Positions 1-7,538 of a stretch of DNA of 15,879 bases are shown piece after piece. Each line of letters begins with the position of its first letter. Position 1 is the stretch's first letter. Source of the stretch: Abditibacteriaceae bacterium (lineage in GTDB: Bacteria; Armatimonadota; Abditibacteriia; Abditibacteriales; Abditibacteriaceae); contig JANMKN010000334.1 of assembly GCA_031372065.1 (NCBI GenBank), forward strand, positions 1-15,879, in the 5' to 3' direction. The position numbers were made by a program, and so were the translations under genes. The notes under the pieces are model-generated. The model was not told the origin of the DNA, ran no database searches, and saw nothing but the letters and a program-made list of their open reading frames with translations.

Positions 1-1
1 T

Positions 2-2956
2 TACGAAACGCGCCAAAAGCGAATGCAGGGCCTCATCGAAGCGCGTGATACCAACCGCGCTTTAGTGGAAAACGGCCAAAAGCGCATCGGCGAATTGGAA
101 ATCATTGAAGCGAATCTCGAAAGCAAACTGCGCCAACTCGAAGGCGAAATGGATGCCCTGCAAAGCGAAATGACGGATGTCGTTTCGCGCCTCAAAGCCA
201 CCGAAGGCCAAATCGCCGTGGCGCGCGAACGGCGCCGCGCTTTAAGCGAACAACAAGAATTTCAAGCGCAGGAAATCGGGCTTTTGCGCGCCCGCATCAC
301 GACGGCGCAAGACGGCATGAAAAGTGGCCGCGCTGAACTGGAACAAGCACTGCGCGATTCGGCTTCGCTTTCCGATGACGCCGCGCAAGCCGAAGCCAAA
401 CTGGGCGCCGCCAACGCGCGCCTTTCCGAAGCGACACGCGAATTGCAAGCGCGGCAAGCCAAAGTAATCGAACTAATGCGCGCGGGCCAATCGCGCCGCG
501 AAGCCGCCGCTACGGGCCGCGCGCAAGCCGAATCGCTCGAACAACGCTTGCACGATTTAACGCGCTTAAACGAAACACTCGCGCACGAAAACGAGCAACT
601 CAAAGCCGCGCAAGACAAAGCGAAATCCGATTTGGAGGCTGCGCGAAATCGCGCTGAGGAAACGCAAAAAATTGTTGGAATTAAGCGCGAAGCATGGCAA
701 GCCGCGCAAGACGCTTTGGGCAAGGCGCAAGAATCCTTAAACGCCGCGCGCGAAAAGCGTAGCGCCTTAAATTCGCGTCTCGGCGCTTTGCGCGAATTGG
801 AGCAAAATCTCGAAGGCGTGCAAGGCGGCGCGCGCGCCGTTTTAAGCGCTGTCAAACGCGGGCAATTGGATGATCGTTACACCCTTGTCAGCGATGCTTT
901 GCGCGCCCCGCAAGAAATCGAAAACGCCATCGAAGTCGCGCTGGGTGCGGGCGTGCATAACCTAATTTGCGCGCAAGATAGCGAAGCGAAAACGGCTATC
1001 GCGTGGCTCAAAAAGAATCAGGCGGGCCGCGCCACCTTTTTGCCGCTGCCAAACCTCAAACCGGGTGGCCTTTCTGATCGCACGCGCCAAGTTCTCAAAT
1101 TGCCCGGCGTGCGCGGCGTCGCCAGCGAGTTAGTGTCTTGCAAACACCAACACCAAAAAGCTGTTGACTATTTGTTGGGCCGCGTGATTGTAGTGGACAC
1201 TTTGGATGTGGCTGTTGACCTCGCCAAACGCTGCGATGGTGGCGCGCGTTTAGTGACACTCGACGGCGAATTAGTGCTTCCGGCGGGCGCGATTACCGGC
1301 GGGCAAGGCAAGCAAAAAGCATCAGGCCTTTTGGCGCGCAAACGCGAGTTAGACGAAGGCGAGCAGCAAGTCGAAAGACTCGGCAGCGATTTGCAGACTT
1401 TGCAAAATGCGGTGCAGTCCGCGCAAGAAAGTGTAAAAAACACACAAAGCGAGGTGCAAAAGGCGCAAGACGAAGCCAACGAAGCGAAAACCGGCATCGC
1501 GCGGCAGGAACGCGAAATCGAGCATCTCGAACGCGAAGCGCGCCGCATTACGGGCAACAACAGCGCCACACAAAACCAAATCGAAGGCGCCAAAAACGCG
1601 CTTGCGCAAAAGCAAATGCAGCAAGACGCCGCGCAAAAAGAAGCAACGGTTTTTGATGCGCAAGCACAACATTTAGATGATGCTGTTGCGCAGGCGCAAA
1701 CCGTCGTGGCCGAGCGCGGACGCGAACGCGAAGAAATTGCGAACGATGTTTCCGATGTGCGCGCCCGCCATTCGGCTACGCAAGAGCGCCTTTCGGCTAT
1801 GCGCCGCGCCATCGGCGAATTGGAAAAGCAAACGCGCGATTTCGAGCATCAAATTTCAGCCAAGCAAGCGGGCATCGAGCGCGCCGCCGGAGAAGATGCT
1901 GGTTTGGTCGGCGCCGAAGCCGAAATGATTGCGCAACTTTCGCAGTTCCAACAGCGCCGCGAGGCTTTGGAAACCGCGTCGCAAAACACGCGCGCCACGC
2001 GGCAATCTTCGTTATTGCAACTCGAAGAAAGCGGCGCGGAGCTGCGCAAAGGGCGGGTGCAATTGCACGAAGCCGAAGACGAACTGCATCGCGTCGAAGT
2101 GCGCATTGCGCAAACCGAAACCGAAATGCAGCAAATGGAAGTGCGCTTCGCCGAAGAGTTTCAAATTCCGCTCGAAGAAGCGCTGACGCACCGCGACGCC
2201 ATTGAACAAAAGCAACTGGCGCTTGATGAAATCGAAGTTCTCAAAGACAAAATCTCCGGCCTCGGCAACGTGAATACCGGCGCGATTGAACAGCACGAAC
2301 AAGTGAAAGAGCGATTAGAATTTCTCACGACGCAACGCGACGATTTGTTAAATTCCAAGAATCAACTCGAAGAAATCATCGCCGATATTGATGCCCGCAC
2401 GCGCGACCGTTTCATGACGACCTTTGAAAATGTGCGCCGCGAATTTGACGTTTTGTTCAAGCGCGTTTTCGATGGAGGCAGCACGCATTTGGTGCTCACC
2501 GACCCGGAAAACCTGCTCGAAACCGGCATCGAACTGCGTGTGCAGCCGCCGGGCAAAGGCGCGCAGGATATTTCGCTTTTATCGGGCGGCGAACGTGCGC
2601 TCACAGCGCTTTCTTTCATGCTGGCCTTGCTCCGCGTGCATCCTTCGCCGTTTGTGGTTTTGGACGAAGTGGACGCGCCGCTTGACCAAAGCAACGTGGG
2701 CCGCTTTTCCGAATTGCTGCGCGAATTTACCGACCAAACGCAGTTCATTGTGATCACGCACAACAACGGCACCATGCAAGCCGCCGACGTGCTTTACGGC
2801 GTGACGATGCAACAACAAGGCGTTTCGACTTTGATGAGCGTGCGCTTGGTGGACGATCTTGAAGCATCGAGCGGCCAAAATGGTCATAACGGAAGTGCCA
2901 ATGGCGCCGCGAAAAATGGCGCGCACAACGGCAAAGTCGCGGTTGGCGCTGTTTAA
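2..2956 (+). CDS. smc: Chromosome segregation protein SMC (5'-truncated; N-terminal head with Walker A lies upstream of the window)
   Basis: Frame open from position 2. Long coiled coils, hinge motifs (GRATFLPL; TLDGELV..GAITGG), LGNVNTGAIE, signature LSGGE, Walker B/D-loop VLDEVDAPLD, H-loop QFIVITH, LYGVTMQ. Stop TAA 2954-2956. Confidence 0.97.
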   Translation, partial: YETRQKRMQGLIEARDTNRALVENGQKRIGELEIIEANLESKLRQLEGEMDALQSEMTDVVSRLKATEGQIAVARERRRALSEQQEFQAQEIGLLRARITTAQDGMKSGRAELEQALRDSASLSDDAAQAEAKLGAANARLSEATRELQARQAKVIELMRAGQSRREAAATGRAQAESLEQRLHDLTRLNETLAHENEQLKAAQDKAKSDLEAARNRAEETQKIVGIKREAWQAAQDALGKAQESLNAAREKRSALNSRLGALRELEQNLEGVQGGARAVLSAVKRGQLDDRYTLVSDALRAPQEIENAIEVALGAGVHNLICAQDSEAKTAIAWLKKNQAGRATFLPLPNLKPGGLSDRTRQVLKLPGVRGVASELVSCKHQHQKAVDYLLGRVIVVDTLDVAVDLAKRCDGGARLVTLDGELVLPAGAITGGQGKQKASGLLARKRELDEGEQQVERLGSDLQTLQNAVQSAQESVKNTQSEVQKAQDEANEAKTGIARQEREIEHLEREARRITGNNSATQNQIEGAKNALAQKQMQQDAAQKEATVFDAQAQHLDDAVAQAQTVVAERGREREEIANDVSDVRARHSATQERLSAMRRAIGELEKQTRDFEHQISAKQAGIERAAGEDAGLVGAEAEMIAQLSQFQQRREALETASQNTRATRQSSLLQLEESGAELRKGRVQLHEAEDELHRVEVRIAQTETEMQQMEVRFAEEFQIPLEEALTHRDAIEQKQLALDEIEVLKDKISGLGNVNTGAIEQHEQVKERLEFLTTQRDDLLNSKNQLEEIIADIDARTRDRFMTTFENVRREFDVLFKRVFDGGSTHLVLTDPENLLETGIELRVQPPGKGAQDISLLSGGERALTALSFMLALLRVHPSPFVVLDEVDAPLDQSNVGRFSELLREFTDQTQFIVITHNNGTMQAADVLYGVTMQQQGVSTLMSVRLVDDLEASSGQNGHNGSANGAAKNGAHNGKVAVGAV

Positions 2957-2960
2957 ACAC

Positions 2961-2990
2961 TTGACCAAAGGCATCTCATGCCGCTAAAAT
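2961..2990 (+). promoter_or_regulatory. Putative sigma70-type promoter for the small ORF at 3049
   Basis: TTGACC (2961-2966), 18-nt spacer, TAAAAT (2985-2990), immediately after the smc stop. Confidence 0.55.
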
Positions 2991-3048
2991 TGCCGTAGAT
3001 TCTGAATGCAGCAACATTCAAAGCCAGCCGCAAAGGAAGTGGAGTTTC

Positions 3049-3207
3049 ATGTTAAAAATCGTGAGCATCGTTTTGGTTATTTTGATGGTTATCGGCGGCG
3101 TGCTATTCGTGCGCCGGTGGAATTCCACCACGCCGTGGGGCGCCGGAACCGGCACTATTCCGCGCGAAAAAAGCAGTTTGCTTTTGCCTTATTCGCTGCG
3201 AGTGTAA
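3049..3207 (+). CDS. Small (52 aa) single-pass membrane or signal-anchor protein, function unknown; absent from the supplied ORF track
   Basis: Manual translation MLKIVSIVLVILMVIGGVLFVRRWNSTTPWGAGTGTIPREKSSLLLPYSLRV*. AAGGAAG/GGAG at 3033-3044 upstream of the ATG, 18-residue hydrophobic helix followed by RR, promoter upstream, terminator downstream. Confidence 0.65.
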   Translation: MLKIVSIVLVILMVIGGVLFVRRWNSTTPWGAGTGTIPREKSSLLLPYSLRV

Positions 3208-3222
3208 GATTCGCAACGAAAG

Positions 3223-3257
3223 AAAGAGCGGCACCACACTTGTGGTGCCGCTCTTTT
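3223..3257. terminator. Bidirectional intrinsic terminator between the small ORF and the convergent DUF1080 gene
   Basis: Perfect 16-bp inverted repeat AAAGAGCGGCACCACA / TGTGGTGCCGCTCTTT with T-rich tails on both strands. Confidence 0.85.
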
Positions 3258-3280
3258 GGTTGTTTAGGGAAAATGGCGGA

Positions 3281-4513
3281 TTATTTGGCGTTGCCCAAAA
3301 TTTCAATGTCTTTGAAATAAACTTCGCCATCTTGCCCGCCGTGAACTTGGAGGGCGAAAACGCCTTCATTGCGGCCTTTTTCGTCTTTTATTTGCGCGCT
3401 TTGGTTGCCGTTCAAGCTGACGACGAGGCGATCACCAATGGCGCTGACGGTCATCAAATTCCAATCGTCTTTTTTGAACCAGTTTTTCTTGAGCCACTTG
3501 GTCACATCTTCGGGCGCGGGTTGCACAACCCAACTGCGGCCATTGGTTTCGTAGAGGCCACCCGAATCTTTTTGCGGGTCAATTTCGGCCTGAAAGCCGC
3601 TGATGCCCGAAAAACCGCCTTCTTCGCTGCGAAAATAAAATCCGCTGTTGCCTTTTACGGCTTTGTAGCGAAAACGCACGGTGAAATCGCCATATTTTTT
3701 GTCGCTAACGAGGTGACCGTAATCTTTTTCGTCGGGCGAATGCGTGCCCGCAATGACGCCATCTTGCACTTTCCATTCGCCTTTGCCGATGGGATGCCAG
3801 CCGTTTAAAGTTTTGCCATCGAAAAGCGGCTGCCACTGGCGATGGCCGAGGTCTTTGATTTTGATGTTGCGAAAGCGCGCGCGCACATTTTGGCCCGAAT
3901 GCACTTGCAGCGCAATTATGCCGTCAAGATCAATAGCGTCCACATAATCGGTTACGGGCACGCCATTAAGCCACGAGCGAATGCGCGGGCCAATGGCTTC
4001 GATGCGATAGTGATTCCAATCGTCTTTTTTGAAGGCTTTTTGTCCGACTTCGTGATCTTTTACATCTTGCAACCACGCGCGGCGGCCTTGTTCGTAAAGC
4101 CCGGCTGACCACGCGCGCGCTGAGGGATCGTTTTCGATTTGATAGCCGACCATTGTATCTTTGTCGTCAATGGCGCTGCGAATTTGAATGCCGGAATTGC
4201 CGCCTTCGTTTTTGATTTCGGCTTCGAGAACGAAGTCGCCATACGGTTTATCGGTTGTCAGCCAGCCATATTTGCCGTTGCCGGTGGTGCCGATGATTTC
4301 ACCGTTTTCGACGGTAAATTTCGCGCCGCCGCGTGGCGTGAAGCCTTGCAAAGTTTTGCCATCGAAAAGTGGCACCAATTCGCCAACATCGGTGGGTTTA
4401 TCGCCCCACAAAAACTGGCGCTGTTGGGTAACCCCTTTGTTCGCTTCGGTCTGTGCCCAAACTGGCAAAACGCACAGGGCGCTCATTAACAAAACAGATT
4501 TCTTTAGTTGCAT
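3281..4513 (-). CDS. Exported protein with two tandem DUF1080 (3-keto-disaccharide hydrolase family, GH16-like fold) domains
   Basis: Signal peptide MQLKKSVLLMSALCVLPVWA. Family motifs occur twice: LFDGKTL.G[FW], YGDF, GNSG[IF], G[YF]Q.E, GLYE, KKDDWN, G..ALQVH, F[RK][ND]I.I. Confidence 0.9.
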   Translation of the reverse strand: MQLKKSVLLMSALCVLPVWAQTEANKGVTQQRQFLWGDKPTDVGELVPLFDGKTLQGFTPRGGAKFTVENGEIIGTTGNGKYGWLTTDKPYGDFVLEAEIKNEGGNSGIQIRSAIDDKDTMVGYQIENDPSARAWSAGLYEQGRRAWLQDVKDHEVGQKAFKKDDWNHYRIEAIGPRIRSWLNGVPVTDYVDAIDLDGIIALQVHSGQNVRARFRNIKIKDLGHRQWQPLFDGKTLNGWHPIGKGEWKVQDGVIAGTHSPDEKDYGHLVSDKKYGDFTVRFRYKAVKGNSGFYFRSEEGGFSGISGFQAEIDPQKDSGGLYETNGRSWVVQPAPEDVTKWLKKNWFKKDDWNLMTVSAIGDRLVVSLNGNQSAQIKDEKGRNEGVFALQVHGGQDGEVYFKDIEILGNAK

Positions 4514-4550
4514 GATGGCTTTTAGAGGAAAATTAAATCTGAAAGTAGCA

Positions 4551-5282
4551 ATGATGAATCTTCAAACTTTGTCTTTATCGCATTACCGAAACATAGTGAT
4601 TTTAACCGGCGCGGGTATTTCGGCGGCGTCGGGCGTGCCGACTTTTCGCGGCGAAAATGGACTATGGAACGACGCTGAATTTTTGCGCGCTTCTGATGCG
4701 GCGAATTTGCCGGACAGTTTGCCAATGGTGTGGAAAGTGTTCGGTGGATTGCGCGCTTTGGCCGAAACGATCAAGCCAAACGCGGCGCATTACGCCATTG
4801 CGGAGATGCAAAGGCGGCATCCCACTAAAAATATCACGCTCATTACGCAAAATGTGGATGGCTTGCATCAAGCGGCGGGCAGCGAAAATGTTATCGAATT
4901 GCACGGCTCGGTTTTGCGCTCGCGTTGCACCAATGAAGCGTGCGTAGCGAAACCATTTGAGGATTTAACGTCGCGGACCCAAGTGCCGCTTTGCGAAATT
5001 TGCGGCGCTCCGTTGCGACCTGATATTGTGCTATTTAACGAAATGTTGCCGCCGTGGGAATCGCATCAATCCAAGCGCGCTTTGCGTGATGTGGAATTAT
5101 TTTTAGCTATCGGCACATCTGGCGTGGTCAATCCGGCGGCACAATTTGTCAGTAGCGCGGCTTATGCCGGAGCGCGCACGATTTTGATTAATTTGGAAGC
5201 GATGCAGCCACGCAATCCACACTTTCAGGAAGAAATTTTAGGCCGTGCCGAAGAAATTTTGCCGCTGTTATGGAAAGAGTAA
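4551..5282 (+). CDS. cobB: NAD-dependent protein deacylase, Sir2/sirtuin family (start 4551 or 4554; the track's 4188 start is an antisense overlap extension)
   Basis: TGAGISAASGVPTFRG, PNAAH, ITQNVDGLHQ.AG, ELHGS, Zn ligands C(TNEA)C...C(EI)C, LRPDIVLFNE, IGTSGVVNPAA. Confidence 0.92.
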   Translation: MMNLQTLSLSHYRNIVILTGAGISAASGVPTFRGENGLWNDAEFLRASDAANLPDSLPMVWKVFGGLRALAETIKPNAAHYAIAEMQRRHPTKNITLITQNVDGLHQAAGSENVIELHGSVLRSRCTNEACVAKPFEDLTSRTQVPLCEICGAPLRPDIVLFNEMLPPWESHQSKRALRDVELFLAIGTSGVVNPAAQFVSSAAYAGARTILINLEAMQPRNPHFQEEILGRAEEILPLLWKE

Positions 5283-5285
5283 CTT

Positions 5286-5332
5286 CAAACAAAGGGGCCG
5301 GAGATGCCAAGCATCTCCGGCCCCGTTGTTTG
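5286..5332. terminator. Bidirectional intrinsic terminator between convergent cobB and the beta-barrel gene
   Basis: 14-bp perfect stem GGGGCCGGAGATGC / GCATCTCCGGCCCC (5294-5324), 3-nt loop, flanked by CAAACAAA and GTTGTTTG. Confidence 0.85.
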
Positions 5333-5357
5333 GTTTTCGACGGGCTTCAACGGCAAC

Positions 5358-6110
5358 TTATTTCACTTCAAAGTTGTAGTCGAAGCAGGCGTAAACCTGG
5401 TTGCGCGACGGGCCAACCGTGGAGTCGTTGAAACGCATCCAGCCCAGACCAAAGCTCGCCTTGTCGTTGACCGCATAATACAGCGTGGGTTGAAAGCCAG
5501 AATAAGCGTTTTTGCCCGTGTAATAGTCGGCGGCAAAAGAAAGTTTGGAAGTCAGCGCGCGGTCATAACCGAGTTGCAAGTTAGTGCGATCCGAACTGCC
5601 CGATGGCGCTGCTACAGTGGCTTTGTTCGCCAAAGCATGGGCGATGCCCAAATGAACACGGCCCCAATCAAACGCTTTGGAACCGAGCAAGTAAGCAACA
5701 TCCGGTGCGCCAATGGCCTTCTGACCTACGCCCCAAACGCCAGCCACAACGCGCGTTTTGTTCGCATCATTGTTGAAAAGCTGCGTCTTGGCGTTGAAAA
5801 ACGCGCGCTTGCTGGCAGAGAGGCCAGAGTTGGTAATGTAATCGGCGCCGATTTCGCTGCGCCCGAAAGCGCCGTCTTTGTTGCCGATGCCATAGGTCAA
5901 GCCTACGGAGTCTGCGCCATTGGTCTTGAGACCTTGACCATAGGTGTCCACATCAAGGTGGAAGGATTTGTCCGCGACGGTGTCGGTGGACGGGTAGAAG
6001 CCCAGCGTGCTGGGAGTGGCGGAAGCTGGTTTGCTGCTGACTAAGCCTACGCTCAGTGCGGCTACAACGGTTCCGGCCAAACGGATACGACTCGTAATAA
6101 TGTTGCGCAT
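5358..6110 (-). CDS. Exported hypothetical protein, probable outer-membrane beta-barrel/porin (250 aa)
   Basis: GGAGGT RBS upstream of ATG 6110. Signal peptide ending PASA. Alternating amphipathic strands (VGLTYG, EIGADY, LQLGYD, LSFAADY, SFGLGW). C-terminal VYACFDYNF resembles a beta-signal. Confidence 0.7.
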   Translation of the reverse strand: MRNIITSRIRLAGTVVAALSVGLVSSKPASATPSTLGFYPSTDTVADKSFHLDVDTYGQGLKTNGADSVGLTYGIGNKDGAFGRSEIGADYITNSGLSASKRAFFNAKTQLFNNDANKTRVVAGVWGVGQKAIGAPDVAYLLGSKAFDWGRVHLGIAHALANKATVAAPSGSSDRTNLQLGYDRALTSKLSFAADYYTGKNAYSGFQPTLYYAVNDKASFGLGWMRFNDSTVGPSRNQVYACFDYNFEVK

Positions 6111-6308
6111 TTGCAACACCTCCAAAGAAATGTGCGCTTGCTACAATCAATCCAAAGCCTTTGACGGTCTGTGTCCGTGTTTCCAGCCGTGCCGTGCTTT
6201 TTTCGATGCATTTCGCGCTGATAAATACGATACACATCTTTTATTTCTAAAATGTTTCTCAGCCTTTTCTTAAAGTTAATAAAAGTTAGCATAATTTCGA
6301 CTTCCCTT

Positions 6309-6331
6309 GTGCAAATTGCCCGAATTTGCAC
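6309..6331. promoter_or_regulatory. Palindrome between lysR and the beta-barrel gene (operator or weak terminator)
   Basis: GTGCAAATT-GCCCG-AATTTGCAC, perfect 9-bp arms, next to an AT-rich promoter-like stretch at ~6220-6300. Confidence 0.4.
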
Positions 6332-6350
6332 CCAAAAGGCATTTTGGCGC

Positions 6351-7250
6351 TCAAGTTTTTGTTTTTTCTCGCACAAAAGGCCGCAGGAGCCGCAAAAACT
6401 CGCGCACGGCGCGGCCTTCATATTTGCCGCTCAATCGCAAGCGTTGCAAAGGCCGATGCAACTCGAAATCGGCGGTTTTCAACTGTTTTAATGTGTCGTT
6501 TTTCAGATCGGTTTCGACAGTCAGACGCGACACAAACGCGATGCCATCGCCCGCAATGACAGCGCGTTTTATCGCTTCGCTGCTGCCCAAAGAAACGCGA
6601 GGCGGCGCCGAAAAACCCTTTTCGCGCAAGGCGTTTTCGACCACAGCGCGCGTGCCAGAGCCGCTTTCGCGCCATAAAATCGGCTCGCCCAGCAATTGCA
6701 GCAGCGAAAGCGTTTTTTTGTGCAACAATTTGTGATTGGGCGCGGCGATGACTATGATTTCGTCTTCACCCAAAACTTCGGCTTGAATTTCCGGCGAGGC
6801 GATAAAACCCTCGCTCAGGCCCAAATCAAGTTCGTTATTTAAGAGGCGTTTTTGAATTTCCTGCGTGTTGCCAATTTCGAGATTGACTTCGATGCCGGGA
6901 AACGCGGCGCGAAACTGGGCACAGATTTCGGGCAGCAAATAAACGCCAATGGTCGTGCTGGCCCCGATAGATAACTGCCCGCGCGCCAGTTGGCGTAGTT
7001 CGTTTAAGGCGCGCGAGGCGTCGGTTTCGAGCGCGAAAATTTGACGCGCGTAATCCAGCAAAACTTCGCCGCCTTCAGTGAGGCGCACGCCTTTGGACAA
7101 GCGATGAAACAAGGCCATGCCGAGGCTTTTTTCCAATTCGCGCAGTTGTTTGGAAACCGCTGGCTGCGAAATATGCAGTTTTTCAGCGGCGCGCGTGAGA
7201 TTTCCCGTTTCTGCCACCGCCAAAAATATCGCCAGATGGTTGAAGTTCAT
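6351..7250 (-). CDS. LysR-family transcriptional regulator, CysL/YeiE/CmpR-like
   Basis: HTH FLAVAETGNLTRAAEKLHISQPAVSKQLRELEKSLG..LF.R. Effector-domain motifs LSIGASTTIG.YLLP, GNTQEI, LDLGL.EG, RESGSGTR, GSSEAIKRAV.AG.G. Confidence 0.93.
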   Translation of the reverse strand: MNFNHLAIFLAVAETGNLTRAAEKLHISQPAVSKQLRELEKSLGMALFHRLSKGVRLTEGGEVLLDYARQIFALETDASRALNELRQLARGQLSIGASTTIGVYLLPEICAQFRAAFPGIEVNLEIGNTQEIQKRLLNNELDLGLSEGFIASPEIQAEVLGEDEIIVIAAPNHKLLHKKTLSLLQLLGEPILWRESGSGTRAVVENALREKGFSAPPRVSLGSSEAIKRAVIAGDGIAFVSRLTVETDLKNDTLKQLKTADFELHRPLQRLRLSGKYEGRAVREFLRLLRPFVREKTKT

Positions 7251-7274
7251 GCTGATTTCGTAGATTACCGCCTT

Positions 7275-7479
7275 TGTAAAGTCGTTTACAGCACTCGTAA
7301 GTCACTATACGCGAGGTGTAAAGTCGTTTACGAGCGCTGTAAAGCACTATACGAGGCGCGTATAGTGATTTACGACGGTTGTATAGGACTTTACGGCACT
7401 CGTATAGTGCTTTACAGCTCTCGTATAGTGCTTTACGACACTCGTATAGCGATTTACGGCGCTCGCATAGGGCTTATCC
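7275..7479. repeat. Tandem array of nine (plus one degenerate) 16-bp quasi-palindromes YGTA-N8-TACR with 5-bp spacers, exact 21-bp period
   Basis: Units start at 7275 TGTAAAGTCGTTTACA, 7296 CGTAAGTCACTATACG, 7317 TGTAAAGTCGTTTACG, 7338 TGTAAAGCACTATACG, 7359 CGTATAGTGATTTACG, 7380 TGTATAGGACTTTACG, 7401 CGTATAGTGCTTTACA, 7422 CGTATAGTGCTTTACG, 7443 CGTATAGCGATTTACG, 7464 CGCATAGGGCTTATCC. Confidence 0.95.
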
Positions 7480-7527
7480 AAAAAGAAAAGGCCCGCGACA
7501 GAATATCTTTCTGTGCGGGCCGTTTGT
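7480..7527 (-). terminator. Intrinsic terminator of the Gfo/Idh/MocA gene
   Basis: Minus strand GGCCCGCACAGAA-AGATA-TTCTGT(C)GCGGGCC followed by TTTTCTTTTT. Confidence 0.8.
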
Positions 7528-7538
7528 TAATGCTTGAA

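Noticed and set aside
3006..3369. Track ORFs 3006-3320 (+) and 3103-3369 (-)
   Set aside because: Both cross the strong terminator and overlap the DUF1080 gene. The 3049-3207 frame fits the local signals better.
4188..4550. N-terminal extension of the sirtuin in the ORF track
   Set aside because: Antisense to the DUF1080 gene. Sirtuin homology starts only after Met 4551/4554.
5304..6044. 246-aa plus-strand ORF, and similar shadow ORFs over smc, DUF1080 and the STAND gene
   Set aside because: Antisense shadows of well-supported genes with no recognisable motifs or RBS.
7275..7290. parS, TyrR box or dif identity for the repeat unit
   Set aside because: Does not match parS (TGTTTCACGTGAAACA). 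TyrR boxes need TGTAAA-N6-TTTACA and the spacer here is N4. There is no dif-like 28-bp XerC/D structure. A link to smc is unsupported beyond proximity.
7275..7479. CRISPR array interpretation of the 21-bp repeats
   Set aside because: Repeats are 16 bp and variable, spacers are only 5 bp, orientation flips, and no cas genes are present.
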